From assembly GCF_018977255.1 (NCBI RefSeq), contig NW_024704743.1, forward strand, positions 113,958,001 to 114,022,000: a stretch of 64,000 nucleotides of DNA, read 5' to 3'. This document shows, piece after piece, positions 1 to 12,400 of this stretch. The notes under the pieces are model-generated. The model was given only the letters and a program-made list of their open reading frames with translations. It did no database searches and was not told the origin of the DNA. The position numbers and the translations under genes are program-made. This DNA comes from Callorhinchus milii. Its lineage: Eukaryota. Position 1 is the stretch's first letter. Every line of letters begins with the position of its first letter.

Positions 1-920
1 GAGGGATGAGGGCCAGAGGGAGAGGAGTTCAGAGGACTCCAAGGCAGCGGTTAGGGATTGTGGGGATAACTTCTTCCAGGGGCGGTAGAAGATGGTGGTG
101 GGTCTGGTGGAGGTGGGGAGATGGGTGGAGGTGGTGAAGGAGATGAAGCGGTGATTGGAGACGGCCTTGTCGGTAATGATGACATCCGAGACACTGAGGC
201 CCCAAGTGATCACCAAATCGAGTGGGTGGCCGTGACTGTGAATGGCAGCGTTGATATGGAGGGAGAGGTTGAGCGAGGAGAGCAGGGAGGAGAAGTCCAA
301 GTAAGGAAACTTGCCCAAGCCGGGATCTTAATATCTCATATCTGTCCTGCCGGAAGTTTGTTATCTCATCCGACTGACAGCATCTCCAAGAATGCAGCGT
401 TCTCCTGTCACGTTGGAGTGTCAATACAGTTACATTTATATAGGGCCTTTCGCTTCGGGAGAATGTCTCAAAGTGCTTTACTTTGGCTGGGATTACACTC
501 AACCTGGGATTGTGGGAGCTGAATTGGGTAGTAAGGGGAAAGATGGTCAAAAAGCACGGTCAAAGAGTCAAGTGTTGAGGTGGGCTTTGAAAATCGGAGG
601 GTGGGGGTGGATCAGAGGGACGCCAGAATGGAGTCCCAGAGAAAGGAACAGAATGGCTGAAAACCTGCCCACCAGTAGTGTGGCGGAGATGGCGGAAGAT
701 ATTGAAGCTGGCCAATGTTTGTTGAGCAAAGGGAACAGCTCAGTCAGTGAGGTTGAAGGAGGTCACAGAAGTTGGATGGAACGAGGCCATGGAAAGATTT
801 GAAAGTGAGAGCAAGGATCTTACGGGATGGGGAGCCAGCGGAACCAAATGAAGATGGGGGTGATAGGCTCATGGAACCTGGTCCAGGAAATGAAACCAGC
901 TACTCAATTCTGGATAGTCT
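1..920 (-). mobile_element. Mosaic of L2-clade LINE fragments: endonuclease-end fragment (1-300), short SINE remnant near 300, L2 3' region (about 500-920)
   Basis: Minus-strand translation HGHPLDLVIT...SNHRFISF; gtaaggaaacttgcccaag at 301 is the reverse complement of a SINE segment seen elsewhere in the window. Confidence 0.75.
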
Positions 921-1854
921 GAAGCTTGTGTGTCAGCCTAAAATTAGGACTCAGAATGCCTATGTGGAGCTTGATCTCACAAACTTCTAAGAGGCAGGCT
1001 GACCACCACCATTAGATAGAACCTGTTTGTTCTCAAGTAAATCAGGATGAGATTGTTGAAGGGTGTCAAGATATAGAAAGAATGTCTTACGAATTTATCA
1101 TATTTGTACAAATTCAGTAACTGGGATTTATTCTCCTAGGTTTACAATTCTGATGATCAAAATGAGAACCTTTAATTATAAGTTAACCTTCTTCAGTGCA
1201 ACATTGTGAACGAAAGGTTCTGCCAATTTGATGCTAACTATAAGGTTTTTGAAGGATTTTGATGAATGTACAATGAGTCAACTGCCAATTCTTTTTCAGC
1301 ACAGTTAAAGAGTATTCTCGGTTAAGATTTCAGTTTCAATTCCATTTTGTATCATTTGAATAAAACTGCTAATCTGACATTTATATTTAAGGTCTTTCAG
1401 TCTAAGAAAGTCTATCTTCAGCTCCATGTTGGGAGGCATAGGACTATCCTGCAAGATGCTTTAATATTTGTTAAAAATTAATACTATTAAATTTGAGCTC
1501 TTTATAAATCGCATGATAGAAATCCTTAGTAGCTACAGTGGCAATAAAAGTTTGTCACCAATTTTTGAGGAATTTGCACTTCCCAACTTGTAATTTCATT
1601 TCCCTACATCACTCATTTCTGCTAGTCAAATCATAATCACTTGCATCTTGCTGTGTATTTTTTGTTTCTCTCGGATCTTTTTCCAATCCCCAATAAAAAA
1701 AAAGGTTAGAAAACAGTGTATTTTAGTTGAGGCAAAGTTTGTGGAACCCAGTGTAAAATGATTGGGGGGACAAGTCCTTCTCTTTCAACATTGGATCTTT
1801 GAAGTGTGCTCGAACAGACAAGCAGACACAACATCTGTTTAACATCTCGCTCTA

Positions 1855-2030
1855 CAACAACAACTTGCACTTGTATACCGCCCTCCAGGCAGGGTAACGT
1901 CTCAGAGCACTTAACAGTGACGGAGCCTGACTCTGAGCCAGGGTGGGAGGTGGCCGTAAGCACAGTCAAAGAGGAAGGTTTTCAGTCGGGATTAGAAAAA
2001 GGGAGCGAGGGGGCAAGGCAGAGGGATTGA
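1855..2030 (-). mobile_element. L2 LINE 3' end fragment
   Basis: (CAA)n tail; inverted match to 3600-3770. Confidence 0.8.
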
Positions 2031-3429
2031 GATCTAATTAATGTTACTGAGTTATTAAACACTAAATGTATTTACTGCTAATATAGCATTTAGTACTTGC
2101 TTGAAACAGGCAGTTCATTTTCAGTTTCACTATCAAAGTGATCGGCCTTTACTTTAGGTTAATTTAAATACAGTATGGCATACAGAGCATACTTAAAATG
2201 CAATTTTTTAAAATTAAAATTGGACTTGTATGCGTGTGTTGTAATGACAGGATTGTTTTTGAGATTTGTGATCTGGTGAAGGTTTCAGTTATCCCCGTGT
2301 CTGAAACATCAAGATATGGCTGAGTAAGTGAAAGTGTTGATATCATGGCAGCTGTACATAGCCCAACATGGCGATCTGCTCTTTCCTTACTTTCCAGTGA
2401 GTGTAAACACTGAGAAAAAGTGCAGCTGTGGCGTTTAATGTGCACTGCAGGAGATTTCAGCAGCCTAGTGAAATATTGTACATTAATGTTGAAAAGATAA
2501 CCCCATTTGCAGAGCACAGGATGAGTTTTGCCTTTTTCTGGGAGCAGAATGCAGCCTAATGAATGTGAATGCACTCCTAGTTTCATCAAGCCATATGTCA
2601 GTTTTTCTAAATTTAGCTTAATACAGCTGTATAACTCGTTCTGTTTTTTTTTCGCCTCTTCCATTACACATGGGAGGCAAGTGTTATGGTTCAAAATGTT
2701 TTCCTTTTCATTACATTGTTACAGCAACTAATAAGTGGTTAATTTATGATGCTGGTGGCTCCACTGTGTGGTTTGGATGCACAATTGGTTCTGATGGTAT
2801 GTGTTTTCTATGCTATGGGTGAATAAACCAACGAGCTATTTGAGATCCAAGCCACGAGTGATATAAAAATCATCCATCTATTCGTTATTTAAATACATAG
2901 TTTTCCTTTGTTTTGCTGGTAACGAAGTGAGTTTACATCGGTTTCATATGTAATATCATTGAGGACAGAATGCTGTGGTGGTAATCTTTGTTAGTGTGGA
3001 TTTTGTAGCAATTTGGGAGCTGGGGGAGGGAGCGGTGGAGTTGAACCTTTGCCATGCAGAGCCAAAAGGAAGAGAATCTGTGCTGTGGGGGAACAAGAGG
3101 GAGTGTTGAGATACAACCACTGAGAGAAAAAATAAATTCCACTGTGGTTCATGGAAAGTACCCTTTTTTCCCGTGTAGGTTTGTTTTGTGGCTGAAGAGA
3201 TAGATAAGATGGACTGATAGCCTAAGGAAAATGGTAGATCGAAGGATAGGTATAGTACATATGTTTTCCAACACTGTTGCTACAATTATCTTGCCATTTC
3301 TCAAAAGTACTGTCAATCTTGTAGCACCTGTTATACAATCACTGGTATGAACAAGATATCAGTGTTGTGCTACCTTTTTTTAATTTATGTGGTATGAAAG
3401 TATTATATTACAATGCTTGCATCATGTTC

Positions 3430-3770
3430 AAATACATCCATTCACTCCCTGGTACCTCCCTACCTCTCCCACCTACTCACTCCCCAATCCACCACCCAGT
3501 GCCTCCGCTCGACTCGTCCCTTGCACACACCATCCGGAGGTCGTGCACTGCACCCCAAAACTCTGGAACACTTTCCCTCAATCCCTCTGCCTTGCCCGCT
3601 CTCCCCCCTCTTTCAAGTTCCGCCTGAAGACTTTCCTTTCGACCGTGCTTATGGCTCTTCCTTCCCCTTGTGGCCCCCCCACCCTGGCTCGGAGTCAGGC
3701 TCTGCTACTGTTAAGTGCTCTGAGACTCTTTCCTGCGTGGAGGGCATAATATAAGTGCAAGTTGTTGTTA
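3430..3770 (+). mobile_element. L2 LINE 3' end fragment
   Basis: APKLWNT ORF2 C-terminal motif; (TTG)n tail. Confidence 0.85.
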
Positions 3771-4859
3771 ATGTTGAGAATACACTGTCATTCGAATGTG
3801 ACTATTCTATTCCCACTTAAACCTGGTTATTGCTGTAAACATGCCAACTGTTGTGTATTATATATTAAATATATTTTTTAAGAAGTTCGCTGCTCTTGTT
3901 GTGTCAGATATTGGTTATATAGTGCAAGCAATATAATGCAGACACACCTGTAATTGGTTTTGGCTTCATATGACCACTGTAGTATTGTTTTTTTGGCAGT
4001 ATTATGGGTTAATGTATTCAATATAATTTCTACATTTATAATACGACATACTAGAAATCATTCGATATAGATGTGACCTTTTCAACTCTTCGACTAAAAG
4101 TGTGCAATAAAGATGATGAGCGATTTCCAGTTTGGTAAATGTGAACTAATGCCAGTTATTTTTTGTGAATACAAAATATATATGGGTACCTAAAACCCTT
4201 TCACATAATTGGAACAGTGTTGGTGAGCTGATAAATTTGCTGTAACATGGTCATCTTGGAGGGGGTGGTGCTGCTGCCACTGTTAGTGTAATTATAAACA
4301 AAGTCTCAAGGCACTGCGATAATCCCAGTGGAAAAGCACAGTCGACAGGAGCCTCCCTTCTGGCAGCCTGTTGGAAATGAGCACAATGCATCTGCTTGTA
4401 GCCAGATTGCAGCACGCACTTTAAATGAATCTTGTTTTCAATTCATGCTGCTGCTTAAGAAATGGGAATGTGGGATGGCACATACACCGCAGCTGCTCTG
4501 AGTAAAGAATAATGCACGCTATAGAAGCATATGAAAGGTTGGATCCTCTGACCTTATTTTCCATTAATACATCAAAAATATTTACATATAGCTTGAAGGA
4601 CATCACAAAATTGAAGCTTTTTATGCTGAGTACATCTTAACTTGTAGAAAATTAACTGGATAGCTTTGGCTTGCAATAATTCTCATTATTGAGACAAATA
4701 TTGTATATTTTTAACTTGGAGTAAATTTTAACCCCCACAAAAAGTTCACTGGGTCCCACAAGGAAGGGAGTTACAGAACGATCAGTCACTTGCTTCCCCT
4801 GGTTAGTCCAGTAAATGTTCTCTCTTGATCGGGTATTATATAGCAGGTTGGCACAAACT

Positions 4860-5095
4860 TATAGTCTAGGCAGACACTCCAATACAGTGGGTGGGGGCTG
4901 AATTGTCAGGAGCCGTCCTTTCACTGAGGTGTTGAACTGAGGTGCCATCTGCCTGTTCAGGTGGAGAAGGGAGTTTCTCCCAGTGTCCTGACTTAACAAT
5001 CCCCAGATAAAATTGATCACTCACTGCATCACTGTTTGTAGAACATTGCTGTGCGTAAACTGAATACCCCATTCGCCAATTCACAGTCACTACAC
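4860..5095 (+). mobile_element. Old Deu-domain SINE fragment
   Basis: Matches the internal part of the copy at 60155-60665. Confidence 0.65.
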
Positions 5096-6304
5096 TGTCA
5101 GATTTTCACTATTTATAATTTTTTTTAAAAATCGTTTTAACTTGGCTTTAGGGTGCCCAAAAGAGATTCATATCTATTTTGAGCAGTTGGCTAAAGACTG
5201 AACTATCTGTTTCATTCAACCTGTTATCCCAGATGCTCGCACGTCTGTTGTACTAAAGTAGCATTCTTGGCTCCCAAGCTCTGGCTTTCCCTCATGACAT
5301 TGAGATAAATTGCTGAGTCCTTATTTTAAGGGAGGATCACTGACTGTTTTGCTCCAAAGCTGAATTCACTAACTGAAGGGGCGATTATACAAGAAAACTG
5401 CTCTATCAAAGTGTAACTTGAGGTGCACGATGAGCAATGTAACTAACCAAATTGTTATCAGATTGCTATTTTCCATCTAGTGTAAGTTCACTTGGAGGAA
5501 TTACGCGACCTAAGGCCTTGCACCAGTTACATTTTAACGAGGCAAGTGACAAGATCAACTTTTTACACAGCCCAGGTGATTTATTGATCCATTAGGCGAT
5601 GCTGCAGCACAGTTTTATTTTTGTACATCGGAAGTTTTGCAAGCAGTTGGAGGATGGGAGGAGAGTTCTTAGCACCTATTTGTTTGCATGTACAAAGCTC
5701 TGTTTTCTTCTTTGAAAAAAATGAGGAGGGCATTTAGCTTTGTGCTAACTGCTTAAACTGATTGCCTTGAAAGTAAGTACAATGATTCAGAGCCTGGGAT
5801 TATATGGCTGGCCTGTTGTTCCTGACCTGTAAGGAGTGTTAACTTCTTTACCACTCAGTGAGCTGAATTGAAATTATACTGTTTCCATTATGCCAATAAA
5901 TTTAATTAGCAAAATGAAACATTGAGCCTAAGCAGCATTGCAGTAATTTAGTTACTATTTGAGCTGAGACCTAAAAGGAGAGTGAAATTCCCAACCCTAA
6001 AAGGAAACAAATGTGTTCTGAAATGTACTTTATACAAAATAATTTACACACATATTTCAACTACTTGCACTTATAGTGCCCTCCATGCAGGGTAACATCT
6101 CAGAGCTCTTACAATTATTTCAGCTTCTATTATACCTATGATTGTTGCTAGTCAACGAGTAGAAGCTTTCTACAGAGGTTTACTGTACTGTCATATTCTT
6201 AAACTAGACTGTTGAATTATGCATTTGCTTATCCAGTATGTAACAGACTTGGGTTGTTTGATTTCTGATGATCCTTTAAACATGCATATGTTCCTGTGTT
6301 GCAG

Positions 6305-6405
6305 AAAAGGCTGCTGCAAATGAAGACGATGTCCAGAAAGCTGATGTGTCCTCCACAGGTCAAGGTGTCATTGACAAGGATGCACTCGGACCAATGATGC
6401 TTGAG
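6305..6405 (+). CDS. NCOA2: NCOA2 exon (bHLH/PAS-A linker) (E)[33 protein letters not shown]
   Basis: tgttgcag| acceptor, |gtcagt donor, 101 nt; not in the ORF track, translated by hand. Confidence 0.95.
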
Positions 6406-9400
6406 GTCAGTTTATGTAGTTGACCCTGAACCATAATCCAATCTATATGAATTTCTATACTGCTGATAATGTTTTACAGTGATTCTAAACTAATTTCCGT
6501 ATCTGCAGCTCATGAATTGGGACATTTTCATCATCAATATAAACAGTCTTTTCACTTTCTCATTACACATTCTATATTCACTCATGCCAAATTCCAAGGC
6601 AGCAGGATAAGATGCTTGGGTCAATTTTAAGGACCGACATAGCACATACTTCTTTACATCATGGGTAATCACAAGCTTTATTTTTATCACTGGAGAACTA
6701 GATAAAAGCTACCGAGCCAGGATAGCATCAGTGGACATGTGTAATGGTGGTTTGGGGTGTAAAATTGCAATCATTTCGGTAAAATTTGTGTCACATGCAG
6801 GGATGTTGGGCGACTTGTTGAAGGCTGTCAATATGTGTTCATATAATCACCTATAATTGTACACTTTGTAGTAAATCCTCCTGAAGTGAATAAAGTGCTT
6901 TAAGACATAATCCCTTCCAAAAAAAAAAGAAAAATTAACACACGCTTGTTTACCTAGCAGTAAGTAGGAACCTGATTGTTAGTCGATTGGCAGATCACTT
7001 TCCGAGGGTAAGAATAACTCCTTCAAATTAAAAAAAACTAATAATTTAGGCACTCAATCCACGACTGTTTGTGGAGCACTGCTGTGCGCAATTGGCTACC
7101 GCGTTTCACCCACAAAACACAGTCACTCCACTTGACTGTATATCTTGTGAAGCCCTTTGAGTCGTCTCAGTGATGTGCTAAACCGCTATATCAAATGCAA
7201 GAATCATTATTATTAAGAGTTGCTCTTGTGTTGCTAGTCATTGTCCTTAAGTTCTTATGGTAATAAATTATACTGTTGGGAGCTCAGAACATTCTACTTT
7301 TGAACACTGCAGCCAATCCTGATTTGGCACATCACTTTTGTTAAATTTAAGCAAAGCCAGGTGAAATATTTTTGTTTAATTAGAAGCAGAAATTAAAGAA
7401 ATCTTAATGGGCATGAGCAAACAATTGGCTACATTAATATAGTTTTCAAGACAAAGGTCAGCCAAACCAAATTGACTTAATTACCTCTGAAGGCTGTAAA
7501 GATGCGAGCAAAATTGATGCTGATGGGCCATTATAAAATAACATGGCCTACAAATCATGAATTGCAATTTTCTTCCTTTTATAGATATTAGCAATATTTT
7601 GGCATGATAACTTGTTAAATCATTTTGATTATGAACATAGTTTTGCATTATTATTGCACCTACTGATATGTTGGCCAAACAATGCTTTGTGATTGAGGTT
7701 TAAAAAATTGAATTAATTTAAGCAAAAAATTATATTACACATTGGAAGGCAACCTCAGAGCTTCATACAATTAATTTACTGAAGTGTAGTGACTATTTTT
7801 TATGGGAGAACAAAATTTGATGTATGAAGTTCCCCCTTTAATTGAGAAACTTTATTTGGGTGATAATAAAAATGTGGGTAATAATTAGAATTTTTAGCAA
7901 CTTGGAAAATTACATTTTAACCTATTGGTCATCCTACCATATGGATAAATATAGTTTAAAAAATGTGTATTTCATGTAACCTGGCCCGTCTAAAATGGGT
8001 GATCCGAATATGTCATTTGGACCATTTTATAGCTTCAGGAGTGTATCACATCTATTCTAATTGTTGTTTACAGGCATTGGATGGGTTCTTTTTTGTGGTG
8101 AATCTGGAAGGAAACGTAGTGTTTGTGTCTGAGAATGTAACCCAGTACCTGAAATATAACCAGGAAGAACTGATCAACTCTAGTGTATACAGCATACTAC
8201 ATGTTGGTGACCATGCTGAGTTTGTGAAAAACCTTTTGCCCAAGTCTCTTGGTAAGAACCTACTTTGAAATGTATCCAGTTAACATGGTACTATTGATTG
8301 AATTACAACAGTAGCTGAAACACTTAGAATTATTTTTGTTATTAACCATTTTTCAATAACTTTTTAATCATATCTGGTTCCAAATGTATCCCCTTTGTCT
8401 CGCACTTCACCCAATTTTTAAAAAAGGCATTTGTGCACCAGAATAATATATTAATTTATTTAAAGATTACAATATGGAACAATATTTTGGAATTCCCTGT
8501 TTATTTGTATTGTATGCATTACAAATTGTAGAAAATAAAAGATGAAAATATTTGAAAGCTGGACAGGAAATGCTGTAACTGAATGGGACAGCTTCATATA
8601 CTGTATTTAAGTGTATTTGAATTTGAGAATAAACTAATATATTTTGAGACTTTTACATTTTCTGAAATGTTACAAATGTTTAATATTTTCGCTCCCTCCC
8701 CTTGAGCAATATGGATATGAAAAATTTTGTTGAAAAATCATTTCAAATTTTCATCAGTGAACGGGGTGCCTTGGTCCAATGAAACTCCAAGACGAAACAG
8801 CCACACCTTTAACTGTCGTATGCTGGTTAAGCCACCTGGTGACTCGGATGAGGAAGGCCATGATAACCAGGAAGCACATCAGAAATATGAAACTATGCAG
8901 TGCTTTGCTGTGTCTCAACCAAAGTCCATAAAAGAAGAAGGAGAAGGTAAGTTTCCATGTTGTTGCATTTAAAATTCAAAACAACCTGGATTTATTTAGC
9001 GGTCTTCATGTGGATTAACATCAATAACCCAGTTACTGTTAATCCGTTCACTTGTCTTCAAAAATGCTGAACATTTCTTAGGAAGATAGGAAGGGACAGA
9101 AGGAGACCATTCAGCCCATCAAGCTGTTTCGCCAATTTATTAGATATTGGCAGATCTTTTAATGTCAATAACGTGCCCTTTTGTCATATCTCTTAATATC
9201 TCTACCACCCAGTATCTGGTATTTGAAAATTCCTATTGATTCTGTTTCTACTGTATATTCCACATCTTTGCAACTATCTGTCAAGGAATGCTTCCTGATC
9301 TCTTTTCTATTCATCCCGTTCTGAGTTCTGCCCTTGCGGCAGATCCCTTTATCAAGGGGAAGAGTTATCCACTGTCAATTCCTTTCAATATTTTAAATAC

Positions 9401-12400
9401 CCGAATCACCTTGTTGCCTCTTCTGCCGTAAGCAATATAAGCACAGTAAAAGCAGCTTTTTATCATAGCCAAACCCCTTCAACTCAGGTATTAATCTAGT
9501 GAAACGTCTTGAGGTCACCCTCAAAGTCCAGTATATCCTTCCTAAGATTAGGTGGCAAAAACTGAGCAGTATTCCAAATGAGGTCTGACCAGCGCTTTAT
9601 ATAAACTTTATTGTCCATTGGTTTCTTAAAATGTTAATCAAAACATGTGCCTGTTATTCCATTGTGAAAACATACATACCAAATTTGCATCTCAATGACT
9701 AGTTCCTGGACTTGACAATGCTGTCAGATTGAAAGCAAATGTTTTATCTCATTGATGGAGAAGGATAAATCAGATGGACACCATGGGGCAGGCAACTCTT
9801 GGACCTCCTTGAATTGTTATTCATGTAATCCATACTCGGGTCCGGATCCCTGATTGTTCAGCGCCTTGGGCCGTCCTCCCGACATGAAAGGCGTGTTACA
9901 AATATAATGTTGTTGTTGTTCATATTTGCAGAGACCTGAGACAAAGAGATCAGTGGCATGTTGGGGATAGTAAGGAAACCGGGCGTACGAATGCATGTTC
10001 CAAATGAACTTTAATATTTTAAGCAAGAGAGTTTTTTCATTTATAACCTTAATTTTGGTTTAAATGTGATTTTTATTATTCAGGATAGTTTTGTTTCATT
10101 TTCGTAGAGCATTGTTGCTTAACTCAGCTGATTGTCAGACTGCTTGATGTGTTAACTTGTGAATAAATGGAAGAATGAAGTTATAACAGGAATATAACTC
10201 ACATTTTGCAAATCCATTTCCTGCATAGTACATTAGTGCAGTGGATTTTTCAACCTGAATTGCCACACCAATATCACCTCCCCGCCCCCTCCCCCAGCAA
10301 GACTCCCAAAAAATGTCCAATGATCCCTTGCTCCACTAAATTCTTTGCAATACTGGCTCCTCCCCCTAATATGAGCTGGGGTCCACCAGATTGCAGGCAC
10401 AGTGCTTCTCGCTACAGGGAAAGAATTATTCTGTAATGGTGTTATTTTTCTCCACTTCTAATGGAAGTAGTAAGTACTCCCTTTAGACTGCAGTTCGCTG
10501 TCAAACAGGAAATCTCTCTTTCAGTGGTTAGACAGGCAAAATGAACAGCAATACTGTGGAAAACCGGTTTCATTATATAAATCCACAAATGTTTTAGTGA
10601 TCGCTGGCAAGAGGTAATTAAAGATTGGCATGTAGGCATTAACCCAGCACTCTGGAACAAGCATATAAACAAACCAATGTAAATTAGCTGGATCAATTCT
10701 AGTGAGTGAGGCATTTTTGTTTTGCAATTCGGAAAAATATTTTTCATTCAACTAGTAATTATTTTAGGGCAAGCTATCAAGGTTAAAAAGTGCTGTTCAG
10801 ATACCTCCATTTGTTCCATTTATATGTATTTTGGTCAGCTGCGGGTGTTTGACACGTGTGTAAACCCATCACCATACTAAAAACTTTCCAAACCAGACTG
10901 AGCTTTGCATATTTATGCCACTTGGAAGTTTTCCTGTGTCTGGAGTGATGTACCCTCCTTACCAAATTAAACCAGGTTGGCAATAGCCACAGAAGTGCAT
11001 AGCTCGCCGATGAAAGCACTCTCTGGCAAGCTTCCCACTACTTGTCCAGCTACGATCACCCAAATCCTATCGGCTTGTGGAGTTAGCAGGAGCTGAGTGG
11101 GAAGAATCCCTACCTCCTATGACTGTTATACCACTGTAAGTCCTGCCGACGGTTCTGGTTGGCTCCTCTGTCATTATCAGTTTTCCCCCATTTCGATGAT
11201 TTGCCTAAATGCACGGTACAAGATTAATTATTTTTCTTTCTAACTCTCAGATCTACAATCCTGTTTGATTTGTGTTGCACGGAGAGTTCCTGTAAAGGAG
11301 AGACCACAATTTGCAAATACTGAAAACTTTTCGACGAGACATGATTTAACAGGTAAAGGTAAAGCAAAATAAAATGGTGTCTTTTGTTCTGCTTTGAGAA
11401 CTTGGCAAATATTATTGCATTTTTTTTNCTCTCCAACTTCTTCCAAAAAAATCCTAGGCAAACTTATATCACTGGATATAAACTTATTACGAGCATCAAT
11501 GAAACCAGGATGGGAAGACTTGGTGCGACGATGCATTCAAAGATTTCATTTGCAAAATGACAAAGAGATGGCTTTCGCTAAAAGGCATCATCAGGAAGGT
11601 GAGTACTCCTAGTAATAAACAAATAATCCTTACATTTGATACGTCGCCTTTCACATCGGGAGACGTCTCAAAGCGCTTCACAGGATTTACTATAAAGTGT
11701 AATGACATTTTGTAGGGGAATGAAACGTGTATGCTGTCATATCCCGCCCCTCTCTCCCCCCCCCCCCCCATTCTAAGGGAATGTCCAATAGGTGGTGACC
11801 GTCCTTGTAGTCAGTGAGTGATAATAACAACAGCAACAACAAAATTACATTTATAGAGTGCCCTTCACGTCGGGAGGATCTTGCTCATTTTTTCTATTTG
11901 AACATTAGGTGTCGGGGCCCGAGCATGGGGGAGGGGTGATGTAGGGGTGAGGGAAGGCAGAGAGGTGGGAGGGAGACCAAAGGCGCGGTCGAAGAGAAGG
12001 TCTTGAGACCAGCCTTGAAGGAGGCAAGGGAGGAAGCGAGGCAAAGGGACCATGGGATGGAGTTCCAGAGTGTGGGGGCAGAGAAGCTGAAAGCCCGGCC
12101 ACCAATGGTAGGGCAGGTCGGGCGGTAGACATGGAGCAGGCCAGAGTCCGATAAACTGAGGTAGTGGGCAGGCCACACAATTTACCTGTGGGGGCTGGTC
12201 CAGCAGAGCTCGATCATGTCCTCACTGAGCCTTCAGATGCGTCCTTGAGCTGGGGCAGGGGAAGAGCTGGGAGGGGAGGAAGAAGGTGATTGAAAGCAAG
12301 GTCAAAGAGATAAGTCTTGAGGTAGGCTTTATAAGTGGGGAGGGAAATGGATGAGTTGGGGGGCTGGAGTTCTAGAGAGTGGGAGCACTATGTGAAAGCT

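Noticed and set aside
2164..2694. 176-aa minus-strand ORF and the many other short intronic ORFs in the track
   Set aside because: No recognisable domains or splice structure; most overlap retroelement fragments or are chance ORFs.
1..6304. NCOA2 start codon and bHLH exons
   Set aside because: I found no MSGMGE- or KRNREQENKYIEELAEL-like sequence; these exons must lie upstream of the window.
11428..11428. Ambiguous base N
   Set aside because: An assembly ambiguity in an intronic poly-T tract; it only signals that single-base features need read-level confirmation.
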